Source of the DNA: Mariprofundaceae bacterium
Lineage (GTDB): Bacteria > Pseudomonadota > Zetaproteobacteria > Mariprofundales > Mariprofundaceae
Direction of reading: 5' to 3'
DNA: 35,871 nt
Assembly (NCBI GenBank): GCA_030950975.1
Contig: JAUZQL010000054.1
Location: 1-35,871, forward strand
Below are positions 21,115-31,708 of the stretch, piece by piece (the stretch's first letter is position 1; each line of letters begins with the position of its first letter). The translations under genes and the position numbers were made by a program. Under the pieces are notes generated by a model. It had not been told where the DNA came from. It worked only from the letters and a program-made list of their open reading frames with translations, and searched no databases.

Positions 21115-21855
21115 CTACATATACATGCCACCATTGACATGTAAAACTTGTCCTGTGATATAGGATGCTGATTCACTTGCTAAGAAAACGGCAGTAGCAG
21201 CAATATCTTCAGGCTTTCCTAAGTGTCCTAAAGGAATCTTTTGCACCAATGCTGCATGCACATCATCGCTTAGTTTATCGGTCATATCCGTGGCAATAAA
21301 ACCTGGTGCGATGGCATTCACTGTGATGTTTCGTGAGCCGACTTCTTGTGCCAAAGAACGTGTCATGGCATCAATGCCACCTTTGGATGCACAATAATTT
21401 AATTGACCAGTGTTGCCTAATGAAGCGACAACGGACGAGATGTTAATGATGCGGCCACTGCGTGCCTTCATCATGGGTTTCAAGGCTGCTTGTGAAGCAT
21501 AAAACACGGATGATAAATTGGTATCTATCACAGCCTGCCAATCGTCAGTTTTCATACGCATGGCAAGTCCATCACGGGTAATACCTGCATTATTCACCAA
21601 GACATCCAATCTGCCCAAGTCTTTGACAACGCCCTGCACAAAGCTTTTAACAGCATCGGCATCGGTGACATTCACCACATGCCCCAAGACTTTACCACCA
21701 TGCGTTAATAATTTTTCAACAGCAGCTTGTACGGTTGCTTCACGTGTGGCGCAAATGGCTAAGTCATAACCTGCTTTTGCCAAGGATTCTGCCACTGCAA
21801 AGCCAATACCTCGACTCGCTCCAGTTACGATTGCAACGGGTTTGTTATCACTCAT
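21115..21855 (-). CDS. fabG: 3-oxoacyl-ACP reductase
   Basis: The 246-aa SDR has VTGASRGIG, NNAG and the catalytic YCASKGG. It forms an ATGA overlap with the fabD stop. Confidence 0.95.
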   Translation of the reverse strand: MSDNKPVAIVTGASRGIGFAVAESLAKAGYDLAICATREATVQAAVEKLLTHGGKVLGHVVNVTDADAVKSFVQGVVKDLGRLDVLVNNAGITRDGLAMRMKTDDWQAVIDTNLSSVFYASQAALKPMMKARSGRIINISSVVASLGNTGQLNYCASKGGIDAMTRSLAQEVGSRNITVNAIAPGFIATDMTDKLSDDVHAALVQKIPLGHLGKPEDIAATAVFLASESASYITGQVLHVNGGMYM

Positions 21856-22787
21856 GCTTTAACCGCCTTATCCATCATTTCAGGTGTTGATACCACCGCC
21901 ACTGATAATGTTTTATCAATGCGCCGTACCAAACCTGATAATACTTTTCCTGCGCCCATTTCTACAGCCGATGTTACGCCCAGTTTCGACATCGCTTGAA
22001 TGCTTTCCGTCCAACGCACAGGAGAAACAAGTTGTTCTACCAAAGCGGATTCAATATCGGCAACATCACTCAAAGAACAGGCTCTTGCATTGCTCCAAAC
22101 ATGACAGTTAGGACGATGCAATGTTAATTGGGATAATTTATCTTGTATGGCATCCGCAGCAGGCTGCATCAAAGGGGTATGGGATGGCGCACTTACTGCC
22201 AAAGGTAAAGCCCGTTTAGCACCTGCTTCTTTGGCTGCCAGCATCAATTTTTCTACAGCTAAAGCATGACCTGCAATCACCAATTGTCCGGGGCAATTAA
22301 AGTTTGCTGCCCAAACTTTTTGATCATCGGATGATACATCTGCACATAAATCAACCAGCGTTTGATCATCCAAACCAATAATAGCAGCCATTTTACCGAT
22401 ACCTTGAGGAACGGCAGATATCATGGCTTGCCCACGAAAGGAGACCAATTGAACGGCATCTGAGAAGTCAATCACATCAGCAGCCACTAAGGCTGAATAT
22501 TCACCTAAACTATGACCTGCCATATGAGCTGGCATATCACCACCACGCTCTTTCCATGCTCGAAACATGGCAATCGATGCGGTCAATAAAGCAGCTTGTG
22601 TATATTGGGTTTGATCCAGTTGCTGTTGTTCATCTTGAAGTACCAAGGCTTGCATATCATAAGCTAAAACATCGGAGGCTTCTTCAAAGGTTGTTTGAAC
22701 CACAGCTTCGTTGGCTAAAAAATCAGCCAACATGCCTTTGGATTGTGAACCCTGCCCTGGAAATAAAAATGCCAAAGATTGATTCAT
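21852..22787 (-). CDS. fabD: Malonyl-CoA-ACP transacylase
   Basis: The 311-aa ORF contains FLFPGQGSQ and the active-site GHSLGEYSALV. Its start overlaps the fabH stop by 1 nt (TAATG). Confidence 0.95.
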   Translation of the reverse strand: MNQSLAFLFPGQGSQSKGMLADFLANEAVVQTTFEEASDVLAYDMQALVLQDEQQQLDQTQYTQAALLTASIAMFRAWKERGGDMPAHMAGHSLGEYSALVAADVIDFSDAVQLVSFRGQAMISAVPQGIGKMAAIIGLDDQTLVDLCADVSSDDQKVWAANFNCPGQLVIAGHALAVEKLMLAAKEAGAKRALPLAVSAPSHTPLMQPAADAIQDKLSQLTLHRPNCHVWSNARACSLSDVADIESALVEQLVSPVRWTESIQAMSKLGVTSAVEMGAGKVLSGLVRRIDKTLSVAVVSTPEMMDKAVKA

Positions 22788-23788
22788 TATTTACTCCAAC
22801 GAATAAGATTTGCACCCCAAGCAAAGCCAGCAGCAAAAGCTTCGAGCAACAATATTTGTCCAGTTTGAATAGAACCTTGGCGATACAAATGATTCAATGC
22901 CAAGGGAACGCTGGCAGACGATGTGTTGGCATGTTCACCAACCGTAACCACCATATGTCCTGTTTTCATGTTCATTTTTTTAGCAGTGGCATTCAATATA
23001 CGAATATTGGCTTGGTGTGGTACCAACCAGTCCACATCTGATTTTTGTAGTCCATATTTATCTAAGACTTCGCCAACGACTTCGCCTAATTTATTTACGG
23101 CAACACGAAAGACTTCGTTGCCTTTCATCTCAATCGCTGCAACACCTGCCGCATCCATTGAGAAATCAATGGGTTTACCGGGTTCATGGCGCATATGTTG
23201 ATGTTTTGCCATCAATAATTGACGATAAGAACCATCACAGTGTAAAACAGAACCAATGATGCCACCTTGTTCTTCCCGACTTTCAAGCACCACAGCACCC
23301 GAGCCATCACCAAAAAGAACGCAGGTGTTTCGATCTTTCCAATCCACAATGCGTGACATGGATTCTGCACCAATCATCAACACACGTTTGAACATACCAC
23401 CACGTATCATGCCATCCGCTTGAGCGAGTCCATAAACAAAACCCGAACAGACAGCTTGAATATCCCAAGCTGGTAAATCTTTACCGCCCAATTTATATTG
23501 CACGACACTCGCCGTAGATGGGAAGACCATATCAGGTGTAGTTGTTGCAACGATTAAGGCATCCATATCATCAATGCTTAAACCTGCATCATCGAGCGCT
23601 TGTTTTGCCGCTTCAACAGCCAAATCAGAGGTTTGTTGGTCTTGAGCAATAATATGACGTTGGGTGATACCTGTGCGTTCACGAATCCAAGCATCGCTGG
23701 TATCAACCATCTTTGATAATGCTTGATTGGATAAAATACGTTCGGGAAGATAACCGCCCACGCCCACAATATGTGTTTGTAAACTCAT
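22787..23788 (-). CDS. fabH: Beta-ketoacyl-ACP synthase III
   Basis: The 333-aa ORF has the active-site sequence AVCSGFVYGL, plus HQAN and the GAGFAWG tail. It forms an ATGA overlap with the plsX stop. Confidence 0.95.
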   Translation of the reverse strand: MSLQTHIVGVGGYLPERILSNQALSKMVDTSDAWIRERTGITQRHIIAQDQQTSDLAVEAAKQALDDAGLSIDDMDALIVATTTPDMVFPSTASVVQYKLGGKDLPAWDIQAVCSGFVYGLAQADGMIRGGMFKRVLMIGAESMSRIVDWKDRNTCVLFGDGSGAVVLESREEQGGIIGSVLHCDGSYRQLLMAKHQHMRHEPGKPIDFSMDAAGVAAIEMKGNEVFRVAVNKLGEVVGEVLDKYGLQKSDVDWLVPHQANIRILNATAKKMNMKTGHMVVTVGEHANTSSASVPLALNHLYRQGSIQTGQILLLEAFAAGFAWGANLIRWSK

Positions 23789-24816
23789 GTTACCTCCATG
23801 ACCTCATTCATTGTTTCAAGGGTTCGTTTTATTAAATCTGCTTCCACTTGACGAATCGCCACATCAATCGCACATGTGTAGGCATAAGCATCAGCGCCAC
23901 CATGACTTTTCACCACAACGCCGTTCAAACCAAGCAAAGGTGCGCCATTATGTTCACTTGGATTTAAGGTGTCTTTCACGCGAGTTAATGCTCCGCGTGC
24001 CAAAAGAGCACCTGTTTTAGCGACAATATTCGATGTTAATTCTTGTTTCACTTGCTTAAACATGAGTTTTGCCAAGCCTTCCATTGTTTTAAGTGCAACG
24101 TTACCTACAAAACCATCGCACACGACAACATCGACACGATCTGAAAATAAATCAGTGCCTTCAACATTGCCAATGAAATTTAATTTGGTTTCGCGTAAAC
24201 GTGTGGCGGCAACCTTGATGACATCGGTACCTTTGGCATCTTCTGAACCAATATTTAATAAACCAACACGGGGGCTTTTCATGTTTTCAGCGGCTTGCAA
24301 ATAACAACTACCCATGACGGCAAATTGAACCAAATGTTCTGAGGAAGAATCCACATTTGCACCAATATCAAGAAAGAATGTACTTCCACCATCGGCAGCA
24401 GGAATCATGGATGCAATGGCAGGTCGATCAATACCCGGTAAGGTTTTCAAAATAAACTTTGAAATCGCCATCAATGCGCCTGTATTACCTGCACTGACCA
24501 AAACATCCCAATCACCATCACGTACAGCTCTTGCAGCGACATGAATGGACGATTGTTTTTTGCGACGTAAGGCAACTGTTGGGGTGTCAGTCATGTGAAT
24601 CACATCAAGAGCAGGAACGATGGTAACAACATCACTCAAACCCTTGTCGGCTAAACATGGCGCTAACACTTCTTCTAAGCCACAAATTCCTAATTGAATA
24701 TTTGAATACTTTGTTTGTTTTTGTTTGGCATGCATCAAAGCCAAAGCGTCAATGACCATGGTTGGAGCATCATCTCCACCATGACCATCGACTAAGACGC
24801 GAATATTTTTAGACAT
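23785..24816 (-). CDS. plsX: Phosphate acyltransferase PlsX
   Basis: The ORF contains VLVDGHGGDDAP, SAGNTGALMA, GFVGNVALKTMEG and VVKSHGGAD. The track start at 24822 is a GTG. ATG 24816 (MSKNIRVLVD..) is the more conventional start, but either is possible. Confidence 0.93.
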   Translation of the reverse strand: MSKNIRVLVDGHGGDDAPTMVIDALALMHAKQKQTKYSNIQLGICGLEEVLAPCLADKGLSDVVTIVPALDVIHMTDTPTVALRRKKQSSIHVAARAVRDGDWDVLVSAGNTGALMAISKFILKTLPGIDRPAIASMIPAADGGSTFFLDIGANVDSSSEHLVQFAVMGSCYLQAAENMKSPRVGLLNIGSEDAKGTDVIKVAATRLRETKLNFIGNVEGTDLFSDRVDVVVCDGFVGNVALKTMEGLAKLMFKQVKQELTSNIVAKTGALLARGALTRVKDTLNPSEHNGAPLLGLNGVVVKSHGGADAYAYTCAIDVAIRQVEADLIKRTLETMNEVMEVT

Positions 24817-24836
24817 ACTCACCTGTTCAATGGGTT

Positions 24837-25019
24837 TTATACTGCTGTACCTTCAATCACTTCACGACCTTTGTATTGACCGCAACTTTGGCATGCATGA
24901 TGTGGACGTACTGTTTCGCCACATTCAGGGCATTCAGACATTGCTGCCACAGTGATGCCATCGTGTGCGCGACGCATATTACGTTTAGACTTGCTTGTTT
25001 TTCTCTTTGGAACTGCCAT
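24837..25019 (-). CDS. rpmF: 50S ribosomal protein L32
   Basis: The 60-aa ORF begins [19 protein letters not shown] and has a zinc ribbon, CPECG...CQSCG. A GGAG SD lies upstream. Confidence 0.96.
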   Translation of the reverse strand: MAVPKRKTSKSKRNMRRAHDGITVAAMSECPECGETVRPHHACQSCGQYKGREVIEGTAV

Positions 25020-25062
25020 TTTATCACTCCTACTGATAACAAGGGACTCACTCCCTAGTTAC

Positions 25063-25596
25063 TTACTTATCAAACTTCATTGCTGCCAAGGCTGCAAATG
25101 GATGACTTGAAGCCAAAGCGTTGCATCCGCAATCACCTTGATTTAAATCCATTCCACAGTTTTGACACAAACCTTTACATGTGCTGCTACAAACGACACA
25201 CGCTTCCCATGCTAACCAAACATCTTCACGCAACACATCCATCAAATTTAAACAATCGGATACAGGAATGACTTCAATATCTAACTTTTCTTCGTCATCC
25301 ACATCTTGCAACTCAATAAGGCTATATTTACGCTGGCATTCATGTTCTGATTGCCATTCAAAATCAGATAAACAACGAACACATTGGCGTAACATGGATA
25401 CTTTCCATGATCCATTTAAAGTGTAAATATCATGAGCATATTCAATCGATCCCTGCCATGTTGCAGTAGCACAGATACCCACAAGCGGATCTACAGATCC
25501 TTCATCTGACATCAAACGTTCAGGAGAAATCTCCCATTGCCATGTTTTACCTGTTTTACGGATATCAGGAAGGTGGACACACATTTGTTGCGACAT
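25063..25596 (-). CDS. yceD: YceD-family (DUF177) protein involved in 23S rRNA accumulation
   Basis: The 177-aa ORF sits in the conserved position upstream of rpmF-plsX. It is an acidic protein with Cys clusters (CVRC.., CKGLCQNCGMDLNQGDCGC) typical of DUF177. A GAGGGG SD is present. Confidence 0.88.
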   Translation of the reverse strand: MSQQMCVHLPDIRKTGKTWQWEISPERLMSDEGSVDPLVGICATATWQGSIEYAHDIYTLNGSWKVSMLRQCVRCLSDFEWQSEHECQRKYSLIELQDVDDEEKLDIEVIPVSDCLNLMDVLREDVWLAWEACVVCSSTCKGLCQNCGMDLNQGDCGCNALASSHPFAALAAMKFDK

Positions 25597-25639
25597 CTAA
25601 ACACCCCTCAATCTATTCAACAGCATCATGAAGGCGCGC

Positions 25640-25667
25640 ATCTTAGGTATCACTTGAAGTCGGTCAA
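25640..25667 (-). promoter_or_regulatory. Candidate sigma70 promoter for the yceD-rpmF-plsX-fab operon
   Basis: The minus strand reads TTGACC (25667..25662), a 16-nt spacer, then TAAGAT (25645..25640), about 45 nt upstream of the yceD ATG. This is a sequence match only. Confidence 0.3.
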
Positions 25668-25691
25668 GTTTCACACGAAATTAAAAGGTTT

Positions 25692-26069
25692 TTAAAAAGT
25701 TTGCTTAAATTGAATAATATGCCTTCGAGACTTTTTATCGGGGCGTTTTTTAGGTGCTGGCGAAGATGCCGCATGGTTTCGCTGTTGTTCTCGAACGGTT
25801 TCGCGGGCTTGAATACTGTCATCGCTCTCTTGATATAAACCCTGTGCAAGGCTTGCAGAACCACGTTTTCCTGCCAACGCCAATACCGTCAATTCAAATG
25901 TTTCCAGTCCTTTTTTAATGACTAGTAAATCACCTTTTTTCACTTCTTTGGAAGGTTTGGCACGCACACCATTCAAGCTGACGTGCCCACTTTTGATGGA
26001 TTGACTCGATAAGGTACGTGTTTTGAAAAAACGTGCCGCCCATAACCATTGATCTACACGCACACTCAT
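25692..26069 (-). CDS. hslR: Ribosome-associated heat shock protein Hsp15 (S4-domain RNA-binding protein)
   Basis: The sequence MSVRVDQWLWAARFFKTRTLSSQSIKSGHVSLNGVRAKPSKEV...KKRPDKKSRRHIIQFK closely parallels my memory of E. coli Hsp15 (VRLDKWLWAARFYKTR..., RPDKKERRDLLRFK). There are two candidate ATGs. ATG 26069 forms an ATGA overlap with the hrpA stop, and ATG 26084 lies 15 nt further upstream, inside hrpA. Confidence 0.88.
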   Translation of the reverse strand: MSVRVDQWLWAARFFKTRTLSSQSIKSGHVSLNGVRAKPSKEVKKGDLLVIKKGLETFELTVLALAGKRGSASLAQGLYQESDDSIQARETVREQQRNHAASSPAPKKRPDKKSRRHIIQFKQTF

Positions 26070-29000
26070 CGCATATTCTGCCATTGTTTTTCAAGCCGTT
26101 TTACTGAAATAGGTATGCTTGTTTTTAGGCTTTGGGCAAACATAGATACACGTAATTCTTCAATCATCCAACGAAATCGCACTAAATCATCACTGTTTAC
26201 GCCTGTTTTAAGACGTTGCTCATAGTTTTGCCAAAAATGATTCACTTGTTCGGATAAGCTTTTATCTTTTGCCAAATCACGCCCTGATTTTTCGATACGA
26301 ATCGCTGCCGCCTTCAAAAAACGTGGTACATGAGCCAACCATGTAACAGGCGTATGGGCAACAAAATTAACGCTTATCAAATGATCAAGTTGTTGTTGTA
26401 CATCGGCTAACATGGCTGCTTTTTGCGGCGCAATACTTTGTTGCATGCTTGCTCGGACATGTGCATATGCTTGTAAGGCATCATCCACCCATTGCATGAT
26501 GCGCTGCCCTTCTTGCACCAGTTTGCTACGTCCTTGTTCCAAGCAGGCTTCAAAATCAGCTTGCGTGCGTGGCAACACGCCTGATAAAAAAACCGATTCA
26601 AAGGTTTTGTTGATGACATCTTGACGTAATATTTCAGCATCACCCAATAAGGCAGCGTGCATCATCATCGCTTTATTCTTTTTCATCTGTTGCTGTAATA
26701 TTTTGACTTGTTGGTACATCGCCAACATCAATAATCGTCGTACACCTGCATACATCGCATGATCTGCGGCGTGTTGTTGTTCAAACATCACAATGGCAAC
26801 ACTATCTTGTCGATCCACCAAAGCTGGAAAACGTTGCATCTGCAAACCTTGAAGTTTTTGTGTGACAGATTCGGGTAAATCACCAAAATCCCAGCGTTTA
26901 ATTGCTTCTTTTTCTAAAGCATGGGGGATGATTTTTACTTGCTCACTATGGGCAAATTTCTGCTGTAAGTATTTTAAATCCGTATGCTCTTGTAATATTT
27001 TTTTGCGTTCATTGAGGACACGAAAATTCATCTTGAGATGCTTGGGTAAGGTATCGAGATTCCATTGTTCGTTGCTGATATAGATGCCCGTCATGCGTTC
27101 AAGTTGACGTGAAAAACTCGATAAAAGATTTCCTTCTGCAAAGGTCATGGCATCCATCGCTGCTTCTGCAAACTGGGGTGCAGGGACAAAATTCCGTCGC
27201 AATGATTTAGGTAAACCTTTAATCAAAGCCATTAATTTTTCTTGCAACATGCCCACGACCAACCATTCAAAGCGTTCGGCTTGCAGTTGCCCCAACATGG
27301 CTTGAGGAATGATTAAGGTGATACCATCAGCATGGTGGGACGGATCAAAGTGATACTCATAACGCAAACACTGTGCGCCTATTTGCACGCTATCGGGAAA
27401 ATCACTGGCATGAATAGACACATCTCGATTGGCAAGCAATACATCATGGCTTAAATACAAGTATTTGGGCTGCTTGGTTTCAATGTCTTTGCGCCATTGT
27501 TCAAACAGTTTTCCGCTATACACATGGTCAGGAATCAAGGCATCAAAAAACTCAAAAATGACTTGTTCTTCTGCCAACACATCCCGTCGCCGTGATTTTG
27601 CTTCAAGTTTCTCTAAATTTTTTATCAAACTTTGATTGTGTTGGGCATACTTTCCAAACGTTCGAAATTCACCCAACACCAAGGCATGACGAATAAATAA
27701 TTCACGCGATACAGTTTTATCAATAGCACCATAATGGATGATACGCTGCGCAACCACCGTTAAACCAAACAAGCTTAAACGTTCATAAGCCAATACTTGG
27801 GCACGTTTTGATGACCAATGCGGTTCAGAATAGTCATGTTTGATGATATGAGCTGCCAAACGTTCCAGCCATAGCGGATCAATCGGGGCAATGATGCGTG
27901 CATACAAACGATTGGTTTCCATTAAATTCGCTGCCATCAACCATTTGGGTGGTTTTTTATACATGCCAGAACCAGGAAATATCGATAATTTCAAGTTTCT
28001 TGCACCCAAATAGTTTTTTCCATCCTCTTGTATCGCAATATGCCCCAATAAACCTGCCAATAATGCACGATGAATATCATCAGGTTTTGCAGGCTGCTGA
28101 TTGGGTTTTAAGCCTAAATCTCGCAACATACCCCATAGTTGCCCATGTAAATCATGCCATTCACGCAAACGAATATACGATAAATAATGTTTTTGACACA
28201 GTTTACGCAATTGATTTTTAGAATGAAGTTTGGCTTGTTCGTGATACCAATCCCATAATTTTACATAACTCATGAAGTCCGATGTTTCATCACGAAAAAT
28301 GCGCTGTTGTTGATCTGCTTTTTGTTGTGCATTCATCGGGCGTAAACGTGGATCTTGTACTGAAAGTGCCGATACAATCACCAACACCTCATGCATTGAA
28401 CCTTCCTGTTGCGCTTGTAACACCATGCGTCCCAAACGTGGATCGATGGGTAAACGTGCTAATTTTCTGCCAATGGCTGTGAGTTTGCGCTGTTTATCTA
28501 CGGCTTGTAGTTCATGCAATAAACGATAACCATCCGAAATTGAACGGGATTCAGGGGGATTCATTAAAGGAAACTTTGCCACATCACCCAGACCTAAACT
28601 TGCCATTTGTAAAATCACACTGGCAAGGTTGGTGCGTAAAATTTCAGGATCGGTTTGTTCACTGCGTTGTAAAAAACTATCTTCATCATAAAGACGAATA
28701 CACACACCCGATGATACACGCCCACAACGTCCAGACCGTTGCTTGGCACTGGCTTGAGAAATCGGTTCAATAGGCAAACGCTGTATCTTGGTTTTGGCGC
28801 TATAACGTGACATTCGTACCAAACCCGAATCAATCACAAAACGAATACCTGGTACGGTTAATGATGTTTCTGCCACATTGGTGGCTAAGATAATGCGCCG
28901 TCCACGATGACTTTGAAATACCCTGTCTTGTTCGCTGGCAGAGAGTCTTGAAAACAAAGGAATCACTTCGGTATGTTTCATCGCATGATTTTCCAGTGCG

Positions 29001-29917
29001 TGCATGGCTTCACGAATTTCACGTTCACCGGGTAAAAACACCAAGACATCACCCATCGCATCCATACGTTCTACTTCATCGACCGCTGCCACAATTGCCT
29101 GTGGTAAATCTTGTTCGATGGCATCATCATCACCCGTCATCGGATGATATAAAATATCCACGGGATAGGAGCGTCCCGATACTTCAATAACGGGCGCATC
29201 ATTGAAAAAATGGGAAAAATGTTCGGTATTGATGGTCGCCGAGGTTACAATCACTTTTAAATCAGGACGTTTGGGTAAGAGTTGTTTCAAATAACCCAAT
29301 AAAAAGTCAATATTTAGACTACGTTCATGGGCTTCATCGATGATAATGGTGTCATACTGTTCAAGGCGAGCATCACTTTGAATCTCTGCCAATAAAATAC
29401 CATCGGTCATCAATTTAATATAACCATGTGGCTGACTTTTATCGGCAAAACGAACTTTATAACCCACATGTTCGCCAACCTTGCTAGCCAATTCTTGGGC
29501 AATACGTGTTGCCACACTTCGAGCAGCCATACGGCGTGGTTGCGTATGCCCAATCAAACCAGCAATGCCCCTCCCAAGTTGCAAACAAATTTTGGGAATT
29601 TGCGTGGTTTTTCCCGAACCTGTTTCACCTGCCACAATGACCACTTGGTTGTGTTCAATCGCATGAGAAATATCCGTGCGTTTAGCCGATACAGGTAAAT
29701 CTTCTGGATAAGATATATTAGGCACACGGCTAAGTCGTTGTTGATAGATAGCTTGCGATGCAGCAAGTTTCTTTGCCACATCTTGCAAGCTTTTTTCAAT
29801 GGGTTTTCCTTGTCGTAATCGGTGGTTTAAGCCATGAAGACGTTTTCCCAACACCCTTCGGTCAATCATCATGCAATGCTTAAGATGAGACATGTACTGC
29901 TGAATATCATGCTTCAT
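26066..29917 (-). CDS. hrpA: ATP-dependent RNA helicase HrpA (DEAH-box)
   Basis: The 1283-aa ORF has the Walker A motif AGETGSGKTTQ and DEAHERS. It also contains SATI, TNVAETSLT and QRSGRCGR motifs, followed by the long HA2/OB/C-terminal extension typical of HrpA. Confidence 0.95.
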   Translation of the reverse strand: MKHDIQQYMSHLKHCMMIDRRVLGKRLHGLNHRLRQGKPIEKSLQDVAKKLAASQAIYQQRLSRVPNISYPEDLPVSAKRTDISHAIEHNQVVIVAGETGSGKTTQIPKICLQLGRGIAGLIGHTQPRRMAARSVATRIAQELASKVGEHVGYKVRFADKSQPHGYIKLMTDGILLAEIQSDARLEQYDTIIIDEAHERSLNIDFLLGYLKQLLPKRPDLKVIVTSATINTEHFSHFFNDAPVIEVSGRSYPVDILYHPMTGDDDAIEQDLPQAIVAAVDEVERMDAMGDVLVFLPGEREIREAMHALENHAMKHTEVIPLFSRLSASEQDRVFQSHRGRRIILATNVAETSLTVPGIRFVIDSGLVRMSRYSAKTKIQRLPIEPISQASAKQRSGRCGRVSSGVCIRLYDEDSFLQRSEQTDPEILRTNLASVILQMASLGLGDVAKFPLMNPPESRSISDGYRLLHELQAVDKQRKLTAIGRKLARLPIDPRLGRMVLQAQQEGSMHEVLVIVSALSVQDPRLRPMNAQQKADQQQRIFRDETSDFMSYVKLWDWYHEQAKLHSKNQLRKLCQKHYLSYIRLREWHDLHGQLWGMLRDLGLKPNQQPAKPDDIHRALLAGLLGHIAIQEDGKNYLGARNLKLSIFPGSGMYKKPPKWLMAANLMETNRLYARIIAPIDPLWLERLAAHIIKHDYSEPHWSSKRAQVLAYERLSLFGLTVVAQRIIHYGAIDKTVSRELFIRHALVLGEFRTFGKYAQHNQSLIKNLEKLEAKSRRRDVLAEEQVIFEFFDALIPDHVYSGKLFEQWRKDIETKQPKYLYLSHDVLLANRDVSIHASDFPDSVQIGAQCLRYEYHFDPSHHADGITLIIPQAMLGQLQAERFEWLVVGMLQEKLMALIKGLPKSLRRNFVPAPQFAEAAMDAMTFAEGNLLSSFSRQLERMTGIYISNEQWNLDTLPKHLKMNFRVLNERKKILQEHTDLKYLQQKFAHSEQVKIIPHALEKEAIKRWDFGDLPESVTQKLQGLQMQRFPALVDRQDSVAIVMFEQQHAADHAMYAGVRRLLMLAMYQQVKILQQQMKKNKAMMMHAALLGDAEILRQDVINKTFESVFLSGVLPRTQADFEACLEQGRSKLVQEGQRIMQWVDDALQAYAHVRASMQQSIAPQKAAMLADVQQQLDHLISVNFVAHTPVTWLAHVPRFLKAAAIRIEKSGRDLAKDKSLSEQVNHFWQNYEQRLKTGVNSDDLVRFRWMIEELRVSMFAQSLKTSIPISVKRLEKQWQNMR

Positions 29918-30015
29918 GACGAGATATTTTCCTTCAATTTTTGGTAACTATTCAGCTTATCCATGATTTCCCCGATGTCGGCGTTAAAAAATGCTTATTG
30001 ACACATTATTTGGAA

Positions 30016-30067
30016 GTGCGGCTTTAGCCACGCCTTGATACTTTATTCAGCGCAGCTAAAGCCGCAC
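30016..30067. repeat. Long inverted repeat / stem-loop in the purB-hrpA spacer
   Basis: GTGCGGCTTTAGC (30016-30028) is the perfect reverse complement of GCTAAAGCCGCAC (30055-30067). After a 2x2 mismatch, three more base pairs form (CGC 30031-30033 with GCG 30050-30052). The apical loop is 16 nt. No U-tract follows directly on either strand. Confidence 0.7.
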
Positions 30068-30162
30068 CCCCAGAGTCATGAACACACAACAAGGTTCATC
30101 CCCGAAATCCGATGAAAAGATCATAGTATGCGTAACATCAGTGAATAATTCTTAGCATGCTG

Positions 30163-31551
<1,389 letters not shown>

Positions 31552-31646
31552 TCATTACTGAGAAAATAAAGGCGGCGAAAGGTACACAGCTACGTTTCAT
31601 TTTCCAGTGAGCGACTTGGTTTGCAGCATGAGAGCAATAGATACTC

Positions 31647-31664
31647 TTGCAGCTTTTGCAGCTT
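31647..31664. repeat. Perfect tandem 9-mer TTGCAGCTT x2 (a third TTGCAGC copy lies at 31621-31627)
   Basis: Read directly from the sequence: ctcTTGCAGCTTTTGCAGCTTatcc. It lies in the purB / cytochrome c divergent spacer, 45-62 nt upstream of the cytochrome c ATG. The first copy could serve as a -35 (TTGCAG), with TAAAGT 17 nt downstream (31670-31675). Confidence 0.6.
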
Positions 31665-31708
31665 ATCCTTAAAGTGCGTGAGTTAAGTTTGGGAGGGATG
31701 TGTATTCT

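Noticed and set aside
22556-23041. Long antisense ORFs: 22556..23041 (+, 161 aa), 13833..14219 (-, 128 aa), 6307..6645 (-, 112 aa), 33594..33932 (+, 112 aa), 23969..24304 (+, 111 aa) and 27898..28221 (+, 107 aa)
   Set aside because: Each lies entirely antisense to a strongly conserved gene (fabD/fabH, gyrA, glnD, kdsB, plsX, hrpA). None has an SD or family motifs, and their composition (Ser/Arg/Cys/His-rich) is typical of frame-shadow ORFs. Overlapping coding cannot be excluded, but nothing supports it.
25664-25864. 66-aa minus-strand ORF overlapping the hslR 3' end and the yceD promoter region
   Set aside because: It is out of frame with, and largely inside, the well-supported Hsp15 gene. 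It has no SD or motifs.
31647-31664. Sigma-54 promoter suggested by the TTGCA elements
   Set aside because: No GG (TGGCAC-like -24 element) is present at the required 10-11 nt upstream of either TTGCA copy.
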